From the IMG/VR virus record IMGVR_UViG_3300020122_000238, positions 62,001 through 126,000 of that record: DNA of 64,000 nt; one strand, 5' to 3'. The notes under the pieces were generated by a model. That model saw nothing but the letters and a program-made list of their open reading frames with translations, had not been told where the DNA came from and ran no database searches. Position 1 is the stretch's first letter. Every line of letters starts with the position of its first letter. The position numbers and the translations under genes are program-made. Shown here piece after piece: positions 1-9,222 of this stretch.

Positions 1-2
1 CG

Positions 3-62
3 GAAGGGTCTTCGGTCTCGGAAGCCTCGGCCGCCCTCAAGAAGAAGCGTCAGGGTAACTGA
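3..62 (+). CDS. 3' end of a gene entering from outside the window (...EGSSVSEASAALKKKRQGN*)
   Basis: Open frame with genome-like codon usage ending at TGA 60-62; partial. Confidence 0.5.
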   Translation, partial: EGSSVSEASAALKKKRQGN

Positions 63-98
63 TAACCTTCTTTCGTAGCATCACAGTGAGGAGTTAGC

Positions 99-1061
99 AT
101 GCACCCCCGACAAGCCAATATTTTGAATGATGCCAACGAGTTGCGCGAAAAGCTCGCGGCCAAAACTGATCCCAAGCCCGGGGGTCCTGCTATCCTTTGG
201 AAGTACACGGATCCGGAAGGGCGTGTCTTCTACCTGGAGGAACGCCTCACTTCGATCAAGTCTCCCTACAACGGCAAGACCTTCGCGGCCAAGCCGAAGC
301 GCTTCACGCCGGCTCAGGTCGGACAGGAGATGCGCGAGGAGGGGCAGGAAGCCAAGAAGGCTCCCAAGGCTCCCAAGGCCCCCAAGGGGCCGAAGACCGC
401 AGCCGATTGGGCTGTGACGGCTCTCGACTCGCGCAGTGAGGGCAAGTTCGATCGCCTGAACCGGGAAGGGGAGAAGATGGCAAAGGCCATCGCCTCATCT
501 GTGGAAGATTACCAGTACGTCCTGGAGCAGCTCTCCGAGATCCCTGCTCTCCCTCCTGCTGTCATTTCAACGGCCAAAGAAGCCATGAAAGAAGCTGGGA
601 AGGACCTTTCTCGATGGAAGGGCCTGATGGGGAGTTACTTTCCACTCATGGATCGCCAACTGGAGAAGGGCGAGTCCAAGGATCCTGATCTCAGCCAAAT
701 GAATCGCAACCATATCATGGTTGCCAAGAAGGACCCTTGGGCCGCCTCGACTACCAAGACGGCTGAGGACTGGGTCTCGGATGGAAGCCCGGAAGAGAAT
801 GAAAGCGAAGGTCTAGACACCAAGGAGTGGGAGAGCTTCCAGGCCAAGCACGAGCGAATTACGGTTTCTATCAGTCAGGACATCGAACAGTATTACTTCC
901 TGATGGAGAACGTGCAGGACTACAAGTTCGCCCCCCCAAAGGTGAAGGCGTTCGCCAAGAAGTGCGAGGACATGGGACGGAAGGAAGAGAAGGTGTGGAA
1001 GGACACCTTCGATGATTTCAAGGTCATGGAGAGCCTCTTCGAGGAATCGCACAAGGAGTAG
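99..1061 (+). CDS. Hypothetical protein, possibly head/virion-internal; KAP repeats and two KTA-x-DW motifs
   Basis: 320-aa ORF, SD GAGGAG upstream; internal repeat units after KTAADWAV and KTAEDWVS. Confidence 0.8.
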   Translation: MHPRQANILNDANELREKLAAKTDPKPGGPAILWKYTDPEGRVFYLEERLTSIKSPYNGKTFAAKPKRFTPAQVGQEMREEGQEAKKAPKAPKAPKGPKTAADWAVTALDSRSEGKFDRLNREGEKMAKAIASSVEDYQYVLEQLSEIPALPPAVISTAKEAMKEAGKDLSRWKGLMGSYFPLMDRQLEKGESKDPDLSQMNRNHIMVAKKDPWAASTTKTAEDWVSDGSPEENESEGLDTKEWESFQAKHERITVSISQDIEQYYFLMENVQDYKFAPPKVKAFAKKCEDMGRKEEKVWKDTFDDFKVMESLFEESHKE

Positions 1062-1070
1062 GGTCCAGAG

Positions 1071-1787
1071 ATGCGTCAAGGAGATCCGGAGCTACCTGAG
1101 CGAGAAGAGAGCGAACATGCGGAGGGGATCTTTGCAATGTGGCACGACCCCACGATGTATGATCCCTTCCAACACGGGCCTCCCTATCTTCCTGAGTCAA
1201 AGTCTCGAACGCCTGTGACCGCGGGGCAGAAGGAGGCGGATGCTCCGCTCATCATTCTGTCCCAGATCCTCCAGAAATTCGCAGCCGATTACGGGGGTGC
1301 GCCTCTTTCGGAGCTGGCGGCGATTCTCGCGTTCCTTCGAGCAGAGGCCATGGTTCACCAGTCTCACCACTGGCAGACCCGAGGGACGACGTTCTATGGG
1401 GATCATCTCCTCTACGACCGGCTTTATGACGACATCCAGAAGCTCATCGATCGCGTGGCAGAGCGGGCCGTTGGAGCTGGGCATCACGTTCTCGCCCACC
1501 CCATGTTGCATGCCTACCATGCGGCGGTTCTCGTTCGAGTCATGTATGAGGGGGCTCCCCTCGACCCTTCTCCGAGCGACTACGCTCTCCTCAGCTTGAG
1601 GATGGTGCATCGGTTTCTCGCTTTTGAGAAGATGGTCTACGCCATCCTCGAAGAACGCGGCCAGCTTTCCCACGGGACCGACAATCTCCTCCAGGAGATC
1701 GCCGACAAGCACGAGGAGCACATCTACGTTCTGAAACAACGAACCCGAACAGCGTCGTACGACCGTCGGGATATGGCAGTCAAATGA
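1071..1787 (+). CDS. Dps/ferritin-like four-helix-bundle protein
   Basis: HQSHHWQTRGTTFYGDHLLYDRLY and GTDNLLQEIADKHEEHIY match the Dps ferroxidase pattern HW..G..F...H....LY. Confidence 0.75.
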   Translation: MRQGDPELPEREESEHAEGIFAMWHDPTMYDPFQHGPPYLPESKSRTPVTAGQKEADAPLIILSQILQKFAADYGGAPLSELAAILAFLRAEAMVHQSHHWQTRGTTFYGDHLLYDRLYDDIQKLIDRVAERAVGAGHHVLAHPMLHAYHAAVLVRVMYEGAPLDPSPSDYALLSLRMVHRFLAFEKMVYAILEERGQLSHGTDNLLQEIADKHEEHIYVLKQRTRTASYDRRDMAVK

Positions 1788-2821
1788 GAAAGAAGGATCA
1801 GATGGGACAGGATCGCACGGGATACAAGCCGGGGGTTGGGCTCGACATCGGCACGATGAACATCGTCAGCGCCCGTATGGCTGGCAACGACATCAAGACC
1901 AAGAGGATGCGGGACGCCTTCATCGACCTCGACTTGGAGGCCAAGAAGCAGCTCCGGCTCTCGAAGGTCAACTACGTCGAGAAGGACGGCAACCTGCTCG
2001 TTCTCGGGGACTCGGCCATGGTCATGGCAAACCTCTTCAAGAGGGAAGTTCGCCGGCCTCTCAGCCGCGGGGTGATTTCCTCGGGGGAGCTGGACGCTCA
2101 GCAGATCCTCAGCCTGCTCATCTACCATGTCCTGGAAGACCCCACGATTCCTGATGAGCACTGCTACTACTCGGTGCCGGCGTCTCCGATCGATGACCAG
2201 GAGCAGGACGTCGTCTATCACACGGAGATCTTCCGGAAGATCGTCGCGGAACACGGCTACACGCCGCACCCGATGAACGAGGCCATGGCCATCATCTACA
2301 GCCAGTGTGCTGCCGAGGGCTTCTCGGGGCTCTCTGTTTCGTTCGGCTCGGGTATGTGCAACATCGCCCTCGCTTACCAGACGGTGATGGGGATGGACTT
2401 CGCGCTCGCTCGGGGTGGTGACTGGATCGACAGTCACGCTGCAAAGGCCACGGGCTCGACGGCTTCTCGCATGTGTTCGATCAAGGAGCGAGGGATCGAC
2501 ATCTCGAAGCCGAAGGGCCGTGAGGAAGAGGCACTCGCCCTCTACATCCGTACTCTCATTCGCTACTGCCTGGAGAACATCGCAGTGCAGTTCCGTCGGG
2601 TTCAGAACACGCTCAGCCTTCAGGAGCCGATTCCCTTCGTGGTCTCGGGAGGCACGAGCCGAGCGGGGGGCTTCCTCGACATCTTCCGTGAGGAGTTCGA
2701 GAACGTCAAGAAGAAGGGCTTCCCGATCCAGATCAGCGAGATCCGGTCCGCTGTCGATCCCATGACCGCGGTGGCAGAGGGTCTTTTGGTTCTGGCGATG
2801 GAAGAGCACAACGACCAGTAG
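1784..2821 (+). CDS. Actin-like ATPase (MreB/MamK/FtsA superfamily)
   Basis: Phosphate-1 GLDIGTMNI, connect NEAMA, phosphate-2 SFGSGMCNI, RGGDWID, adenosine VSGGTS, C-terminal TAVAEG. Confidence 0.8.
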   Translation: MRKKDQMGQDRTGYKPGVGLDIGTMNIVSARMAGNDIKTKRMRDAFIDLDLEAKKQLRLSKVNYVEKDGNLLVLGDSAMVMANLFKREVRRPLSRGVISSGELDAQQILSLLIYHVLEDPTIPDEHCYYSVPASPIDDQEQDVVYHTEIFRKIVAEHGYTPHPMNEAMAIIYSQCAAEGFSGLSVSFGSGMCNIALAYQTVMGMDFALARGGDWIDSHAAKATGSTASRMCSIKERGIDISKPKGREEEALALYIRTLIRYCLENIAVQFRRVQNTLSLQEPIPFVVSGGTSRAGGFLDIFREEFENVKKKGFPIQISEIRSAVDPMTAVAEGLLVLAMEEHNDQ

Positions 2822-2827
2822 GTTCCC

Positions 2828-3082
2828 ATGGTCTGCATACGTTGTGGCATTGAGCACGGAAGCCATGAAGAGAGAGAAAAACTCTTCGTGGCTTCCAGAG
2901 CTGAGAGTCTGGAGAACGACGAAATTCATTCTCTTCTTGCCAGGGGGAAAGATGATGGACGCCGAAGCTCGATCGCCCACAACTTGAGGTTGACTCGGGT
3001 GATCATGTGTTGGACCTCGGAGGTCCAACACATGATCACCCCAACAGCATGGGATGTGCTCTTGGGGGACGAGGCGATCTGA
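2828..3082 (+). CDS. Small hypothetical protein with C-terminal TAWDVLLGDE motif
   Basis: 84-aa ORF filling the gap between flanking genes; N-terminal CxxC. Confidence 0.55.
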   Translation: MVCIRCGIEHGSHEEREKLFVASRAESLENDEIHSLLARGKDDGRRSSIAHNLRLTRVIMCWTSEVQHMITPTAWDVLLGDEAI

Positions 3083-3083
3083 T

Positions 3084-4253
3084 ATGTACTACTACTTGGT
3101 CTCTTCTCTCAAGCGTCGGCTCATTGAGGAGTTGAAAGACTCTTTCAAAGACCATCCCATTTACGAGAAGGTTGTCCCGTACATTCAAAATAAATACGGT
3201 TTCCCGGAGAGGCCCCAATACGGGATCGTCGTCAAGGGGTCGAGCGCCAACAAGGTCCAGCTTTCCGGCGACAACTACATGGGGGTCATCGAGGGCCACG
3301 CGATGTTGGCGTACGCTGGGAACAAGCCGGCGTACCCTCTTGAATGGATCCGAGAAGACCAAAACGCGGTGCGGGCGAGTGGGGATCATTTTCCCACACA
3401 GCCAGGCATCTACTACATGGAGATCTTGGCGGTTCCCACCAATGCGACCACGCCGGGCCTATTCATCATCGACCCCTTGGTGACGGTGTCGGATGAGCCC
3501 GTGCTCATGTTCCGTTCGGGCATCGAGCATGAGGCGCAACTTCAGGGAGTCCCCGTCCGAGGGACGCTGAGGTTGTGGGAGAACGGGCGTGTCCTCTTCG
3601 AGGAGGGCACGGACTACACGATCAACTGGATGACGGGTGCCCTCAACATCCTGACTCGCTCAGGCCCGGGATCCACCCTCGTGGCGGACTACAGGGTTGC
3701 AGCTCCTTCCTCGGAGCCCACCCAGTTCTCCTGGAACGTCTCGGACTCGAAGACCATCCCGGGGGTCGTGCTCGCGTTCGGCAAGCGGGCGAAGGTGGGG
3801 GACAAGGTCGCAATCGTCATCTACAAGGATCGCGTGGACACGGCGAACGCCTACGGGGGCAAGTTCGAGGTGACTTTCGAACTTGATGTCATTGCCCGCG
3901 ACCCAAACCAGATGGAGGAGATGGCGGACCTCGTTATCATGTACCTCTGGGGGCACAAGAAGCCTGCTTTGGAGTTCGAGGGCATCGAGATCATCGACAT
4001 CTCGATGGGAGGGGAGACCGAGGAGATATACGATGAGACGACGGAGGAGCCCTACTTTAACGCCTCCATCTCGATCCAGCTTCGAGCTGATTGGGAGATC
4101 CATCTTCCTCTGCCGTTGACCATCAGCAAGGCCACGGCAGAGAACCCCACGACCAAGGAATCGGATATCGTAGGGGGTCTCAATAACTCCCTATTTTTTG
4201 CCACGGCTCCTGTTCTTCCAGGTCGTAATAGTAACTACGAAAAGATTGGATAA
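3084..4253 (+). CDS. Putative tail terminator / head-tail completion protein
   Basis: Start reassigned to ATG 3084 (MYYYLVSSLKRRL); position just upstream of sheath; C-terminal FEVTFELDVIARDPNQMEEMADLV resembles tail-completion proteins. Confidence 0.55.
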   Translation: MYYYLVSSLKRRLIEELKDSFKDHPIYEKVVPYIQNKYGFPERPQYGIVVKGSSANKVQLSGDNYMGVIEGHAMLAYAGNKPAYPLEWIREDQNAVRASGDHFPTQPGIYYMEILAVPTNATTPGLFIIDPLVTVSDEPVLMFRSGIEHEAQLQGVPVRGTLRLWENGRVLFEEGTDYTINWMTGALNILTRSGPGSTLVADYRVAAPSSEPTQFSWNVSDSKTIPGVVLAFGKRAKVGDKVAIVIYKDRVDTANAYGGKFEVTFELDVIARDPNQMEEMADLVIMYLWGHKKPALEFEGIEIIDISMGGETEEIYDETTEEPYFNASISIQLRADWEIHLPLPLTISKATAENPTTKESDIVGGLNNSLFFATAPVLPGRNSNYEKIG

Positions 4254-4257
4254 ATCA

Positions 4258-4698
4258 GTGCCCAAGTACGCTTTTCAATGCACTTGTAATCTTCGTTTCG
4301 AGCGGACCTTGCCGATGAACAACTATATCGTTCATCCTTGCCCTTCTTGTGGGGATTTGGCTCCACGTTATCTTGAGGGAGAGGGGTTCTCGTTCGGCTT
4401 CACGGGGACCTCTGTGGGAGCCACGGCCAACACAGGGGTCCACAAGGAGGACTACCCCACGGCGGATCATGCCGTGGGGAAAGACGCCGAGTCTCGTTGG
4501 GGGGTGGTCCAAGCTCGGGAGAAGGTGAAGGAAGGGGCTCGGGAACAGGGAGGGACATACCCCCTGATTCGACACACGACCAGGGGGCACATCGACTACG
4601 AGCCCATGAGCGATGGGGGTCGAGTGGCTCGTCGGAACTTGACGAAGAAGGCCATCGATACGTTCCGAGCTGCCGCTGAATCGAAGCGTTCGCGCTAG
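4258..4698 (+). CDS. FmdB-like zinc-ribbon protein
   Basis: GTG start; MPKYAFQCTCNLRFE...CPSCG matches MP.Y.Y.C..C...FE...CP.CG. Confidence 0.7.
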   Translation: MPKYAFQCTCNLRFERTLPMNNYIVHPCPSCGDLAPRYLEGEGFSFGFTGTSVGATANTGVHKEDYPTADHAVGKDAESRWGVVQAREKVKEGAREQGGTYPLIRHTTRGHIDYEPMSDGGRVARRNLTKKAIDTFRAAAESKRSR

Positions 4699-4713
4699 TC
4701 CTCTTATCTCGGC
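4693..4713 (+). promoter_or_regulatory. Putative late promoter (CGCTAGTCCTCTTATCTCGGC) upstream of tail sheath
   Basis: 21-bp exact copy at 23867-23887; related motifs precede other late-type genes. Confidence 0.55.
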
Positions 4714-4714
4714 G

Positions 4715-4860
4715 CGAAAGGTGACACTCTGGCGAGCGTCACCTTTCGTCGGAGCCCTCCTCGGGCAGATTAAAATCCGAATCAAATCAGAATCTGGTGG
4801 TTCGTTCCACCCATCCCCAAAAATATAAATCGGATTCTACGTCCCTTTGAGGAGACTCTA
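4715..4860 (+). promoter_or_regulatory. Structured 5' leader of tail sheath gene
   Basis: 11-bp stem 4715-4725/4738-4748, further stems 4754-4766, 4766-4771/4791-4796, 4796-4811; SD GAGGAG 4849-4854. Confidence 0.5.
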
Positions 4861-7800
4861 ATGGCCACTGGACCGTTCCAAACGTTCACCCCCACGCCGG
4901 AAATGAACCCCGGCGTCTACACCCAGACGTTCGCAGACGCGAACGTGACCAACATCCTGGGTGGCTTGCGGATTCCCGCGATCATCGGGGTGGGTCAAGA
5001 AGAACTGGTGCAAGACGACCTGGAAATGGTCCGTGGGAGCAGCGCTTCCATCGATCAGCAGATCGTCAGTGAGGACCCTAGCCTGGCATGGGTCGTCGAT
5101 GCGACGAACCCCCAGAACCTCATCCTCGGGGCGCAGGATGGGACCCGGACTCAGTTCCGCGTCCGAAACTTCCCCATCGTCGATGGCAGCGGCCTCGGTC
5201 GGGTCTCGAACGCCACCAAGGACATCTCCTCGATCACGGTCAACGGGTTGCCGGTCGCCCTCGGGGCAGTCCAGGGTGCCAAGGGCCTCATCACGCTTCA
5301 GATTCCGCCTCAACCGACGGACGTCGTTCGAGTGACCTACTTCTTCCACCGGGGAGATACGGCATTCACGGATGATGTCTCGGATCAGGTGACGAACCTG
5401 GACGCCATTTTGATGTCCCCTGGCTACGAGCCCTTCCTCGTCACGACCGGCTCGAATGACACCTTCGTCGTCAAGGTCGGTGGAACGTCGTACACGGTCA
5501 CGCTCACCGCGGGCTCCCTCACGGCGTCCAACGTCAAGAGCCAGATCGATGCCTCGGTCATCCCCAACCTCCAGACAGCGGTGTCGACGGACAACCAAGG
5601 GCTCAAGCACATTGCGCTCACCTCGACGGTCTCGCTGGAGATCGGGGCTGGTTCGGCCAATGGTCCCCTCGGCTTCTTGGCGAACACGAAGACGGCGAGG
5701 AACACGAGCTTCCGTGTCTTCCAGCGCCCCATTGTCGATGGGACGAGCGGCGGCATCACCACGACGGACCCCTCCAAGGTGGTCGTCAAGGTCAACGGTG
5801 CTCAGGTCATCCCGACGTCTGTAGATGGGACCAACGGTGTCGTGATGCTCGCCACTCCGCCCGCTCGCGGAGCTGTGGTCACGGTCCAATACTGGGCCAA
5901 CACCTGGCAGGACACGTTCGACTACCTTCCCAACACATTCGTCACCACGGTTGCCCGTTGTGGTATCTCGAACGGCCGTTCGGATTTCATTCAGGGGCAG
6001 GACTTCATTGTCTCGAATCCTTCGGCGGATGTCTCGATCATACACTGGGGGACGAGCTTCGTGGTCGCTTCCACGAAGACTTCCCCCGGGTCCACGCCGT
6101 TCAACGATTCGCAAATCGTCGGGTCGCTCGTCGATGAGAAGCTCTACCTCGCGACTTGCGCGAGGGTGACCGATACGGCGGTTATCCCGGCGAAGGTCTC
6201 GACGACGGACTTCCGTCTCCCCGAGATCCCCACCACAGGTAACGGTCGCTCGACACCTCTGGGCAACTCGCTCTACGCCTCGATCACCAACAACCGCCAG
6301 GACCTCATCACGAATCGCCCGGATCTGATCCAGGTCTACGTGGGCCGGACTCTCCGGGATGCCTTGGGTCGAGCGGCCGTGAAGGTTCTCACGGTGGACG
6401 GTGCCTCGCGTCTGCTTCGTCTTCGGGATGCAGTTCCCCCGGACTGGAACGCCTTCGCAACGTTCAACTACAACCGGATCGTGGACGACACTTACATCCT
6501 CACCTGCACGGTTCCTGGAGCCGTCGGGATGGGGCAGTACGAAGTCTTCTCGGTTCAGCAGAACGCGAACCTCTACCAGGTCCGCTTCGGCTCGAAGTCG
6601 GCTCTCAGCGAAACGGTTCAGTGGCCCCGTGGGGTCGAGACGGTCCCGGATGCGTTCCACTCGGGGACGGGGACTCCGGTTGTCGAGACGGTCACGGTGA
6701 CCTTTGGGTCCGCTGCGGCAACGAACGCGGCTTACACGAACAACCTTGCGGAGCCCTACTCCTTCTACGACCCCTCCTCGTCCACTTGGTCGATGGACCT
6801 CAACGGGAACACCCTGACGACGGATCTCTCGGGGGCTGCACAGGCCATCATGGTCTCGGGTCCGGTCACGCCGATTCAGACGGGCGGCAACGTGGGGACG
6901 ATCCTCATCCCTGTTTCTCCTGGGAACGTCCTCAACTTCGAGGTGGACGGGGTTCCTATCAGTGCGGCCCTCACCACTGGTTACATGAATCCGAATCAGA
7001 TCTTGTCGGACATCAACTCCGCCATTGATGCTGATGCTGCATTCTCCGGCACGGCTCCTAACTTCATGGTGAGCTATGTTCAGGTTGGGGGTGTTTCAAC
7101 GGGTGACATCTTCTTCGTCATCCAGAGCCCCACGGTGCCCGGTGCTCTCCCTGGCGGTTTTGACGACGTCTCCTCCGTGTTGATCACGCAGGGAACGGTG
7201 GAAGCCGTTCTTGGTTTCACGGCGTTCAAGTCTGCGCAAGGGACGACGGGAGCCATCAACAAGCCCGCAACGCTCCTCGGGTCTCTTGTCGGTCCGTTCA
7301 ACATCACCGCTGGCGTGAACGACTCGTTCAAGTTCCGCGTCAATGGGGCGCAGTACATGGTGACGCTCCCCGCGGGAGCGACGGTGGCGACATCCGCGAT
7401 CGTCACGGCAATCGATGCTGTGATTTCGGGCGTGGCTTCGGCGGGGACGGTGGGTAACTTCGACCAGCTCCGCCTCACTTCTCTGACGAACGACCCGCAG
7501 TCGTCTGTTCTCATCCTCGATGGGACGGCCAACGCGGCCCTCGGGTTCGCGCAGAATGCTCAGGGTTCTCAGACCCTCGTGTTGGCTCAGGAAGTCGTGG
7601 ACGCGCTTCTTGCCACCTCGGGCTTCCTCACCGATGGTGTCGCCTACGTCGACACCATCAACGGCTCGAACTACATCACCTTCGAGTCGCTGACGACCGG
7701 AGCGGCAACGAGCAGCATCGTCTTCAACACGGTGGCCAACTCCGCTTTCAACGCGACGACGGGCATTGGGCTCACGCCGGGTGTGGGTGGAGACAACGGG

Positions 7801-9153
7801 GAGGACGCGCAGGACAACTTCGAGGTCACCTCGAACAATGCTTCTGGTTCGGCTGGTTTGGGCATCCCCGGCCAGACGTACACGGACGCACAGACGGGGC
7901 TTCGCTTCACGGTCCTGCCCGCAACGACGGGTGGGTACGATGGGGCTGGGGCTTTCACGCTCCTTGTCACCTCGACGTTCGCGGTTGACCCCTCACGCCC
8001 CTTCCTGGCAATCGCTGGGTTGGAGCTGGGAGTCGCCAACACGGTCGGCGTTGCGGTGAACGACACGGCCACGGTTCAGACGTTCAACCCGGGTGGTGTT
8101 GAACCGAAGGTGGGTGACTTCTACTACATCACCTACAACTTCCTCAAGCGGGACTTCTCGACCCGCATCTTCCGCACGATCAAGACGATCGAGCAGAACT
8201 TCGGGCTGGTGTCGGCGGAGAACCGGGTGAGCCTCGCGGCCTACCTCGCGATCACCAACGGGGCTCTTCTCGTCGGGATCAAGCAGGTCATGAAGGCGGC
8301 GAACACCGCTCAGGCAACGGACGTCTCCTTCCTCGACGCGATCGACGAGCTGAAGACGCCTCTGCCTGGCAACGTCAAGCCCGACATCCTTGTGCCTCTG
8401 GCGACCTCGACGGCGGTCTACTCGCGGCTCACCCAGCATGTCGAGACCCAGTCGCACATCCGCAACCAGGCGGAGCGTATGGGCTTCTGTGGCTTTGCCT
8501 CTGGAACGAGCCCGACCAACGCGCAGACCATTGCCCGGAGCCTGAACTCGAATCGGATGGCCATGTTCTACCCGGACTCGGCCGTCATCACGCTCTCGGA
8601 TGCTCTGGGGCAGACGTTCGATTCCCTCGTGGACGGGACGTTCTTCGCAGCGGCCGTCGCTGGAGCCGTCGTGTCCCCCTCGGTCGATGTGGCGACGCCC
8701 TGGACTCGGCGTCGCATCGTCAACTTCACGCGCATCCCGCGCATCATGGATCCCGTCGAGGCCAACCAGACGGCCGCCGCAGGGATCACGCTCTTGGAGG
8801 ACCTCCAGCCGCTTGTTCGCATCCGGCAGGGGCTCACCACCAACATGTCGTCTCCGCTGACGCGCCTCCCGACGGTCACTCAGATCGCCGACTACGTGCA
8901 ACAGCAGTCCCGCATCGTCCTCGATTCCTTTGTCGGTTCCAAGTTCCTCGCTAGCCGGACCAACGAGGTCAACGTCTCGATGACGGGGCTCTTCAAGCAG
9001 CTCGTCCAGGCGGAGATCGTGGGCGCCTTCTCGGGCATCGCATCGGCCATCGATCCGAACGACCCCACGATTTTGAGGTTCCAAGCCTTTTATCAACCCG
9101 TTTTCCCCCTACTTTTTTTGGTTCTCACATTTAACCTTCGCGCTCGGATATAG
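4861..9153 (+). CDS. Contractile tail sheath protein (1430 aa, with inserted beta-rich domains)
   Basis: N-terminal PGVYTQT; C-terminal sheath core ERMGFCG...AAAVAG...IRQGLTT...QIADYV...YQPVFPLLFLVLTF. Confidence 0.88.
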   Translation: MATGPFQTFTPTPEMNPGVYTQTFADANVTNILGGLRIPAIIGVGQEELVQDDLEMVRGSSASIDQQIVSEDPSLAWVVDATNPQNLILGAQDGTRTQFRVRNFPIVDGSGLGRVSNATKDISSITVNGLPVALGAVQGAKGLITLQIPPQPTDVVRVTYFFHRGDTAFTDDVSDQVTNLDAILMSPGYEPFLVTTGSNDTFVVKVGGTSYTVTLTAGSLTASNVKSQIDASVIPNLQTAVSTDNQGLKHIALTSTVSLEIGAGSANGPLGFLANTKTARNTSFRVFQRPIVDGTSGGITTTDPSKVVVKVNGAQVIPTSVDGTNGVVMLATPPARGAVVTVQYWANTWQDTFDYLPNTFVTTVARCGISNGRSDFIQGQDFIVSNPSADVSIIHWGTSFVVASTKTSPGSTPFNDSQIVGSLVDEKLYLATCARVTDTAVIPAKVSTTDFRLPEIPTTGNGRSTPLGNSLYASITNNRQDLITNRPDLIQVYVGRTLRDALGRAAVKVLTVDGASRLLRLRDAVPPDWNAFATFNYNRIVDDTYILTCTVPGAVGMGQYEVFSVQQNANLYQVRFGSKSALSETVQWPRGVETVPDAFHSGTGTPVVETVTVTFGSAAATNAAYTNNLAEPYSFYDPSSSTWSMDLNGNTLTTDLSGAAQAIMVSGPVTPIQTGGNVGTILIPVSPGNVLNFEVDGVPISAALTTGYMNPNQILSDINSAIDADAAFSGTAPNFMVSYVQVGGVSTGDIFFVIQSPTVPGALPGGFDDVSSVLITQGTVEAVLGFTAFKSAQGTTGAINKPATLLGSLVGPFNITAGVNDSFKFRVNGAQYMVTLPAGATVATSAIVTAIDAVISGVASAGTVGNFDQLRLTSLTNDPQSSVLILDGTANAALGFAQNAQGSQTLVLAQEVVDALLATSGFLTDGVAYVDTINGSNYITFESLTTGAATSSIVFNTVANSAFNATTGIGLTPGVGGDNGEDAQDNFEVTSNNASGSAGLGIPGQTYTDAQTGLRFTVLPATTGGYDGAGAFTLLVTSTFAVDPSRPFLAIAGLELGVANTVGVAVNDTATVQTFNPGGVEPKVGDFYYITYNFLKRDFSTRIFRTIKTIEQNFGLVSAENRVSLAAYLAITNGALLVGIKQVMKAANTAQATDVSFLDAIDELKTPLPGNVKPDILVPLATSTAVYSRLTQHVETQSHIRNQAERMGFCGFASGTSPTNAQTIARSLNSNRMAMFYPDSAVITLSDALGQTFDSLVDGTFFAAAVAGAVVSPSVDVATPWTRRRIVNFTRIPRIMDPVEANQTAAAGITLLEDLQPLVRIRQGLTTNMSSPLTRLPTVTQIADYVQQQSRIVLDSFVGSKFLASRTNEVNVSMTGLFKQLVQAEIVGAFSGIASAIDPNDPTILRFQAFYQPVFPLLFLVLTFNLRARI

Positions 9154-9169
9154 CAGGCACACGCATCTC

Positions 9170-9219
9170 GATAATCCTCTAATCAGTCGGCTCTATTGCC
9201 GGTGTAAGAGAGGATTATC
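9170..9219 (+). promoter_or_regulatory. Hairpin sequestering the RBS of the downstream homing endonuclease
   Basis: GATAATCCTCT 9170-9180 is the reverse complement of AGAGGATTATC 9209-9219; GGTGTA lies in the loop. Confidence 0.6.
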
Positions 9220-9222
9220 CTG

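Noticed and set aside
355-395. 9-nt tandem repeat as CRISPR or regulatory repeat
   Set aside because: It encodes a KAPKAPKAPK linker within a CDS. No CRISPR array was seen anywhere in the window.
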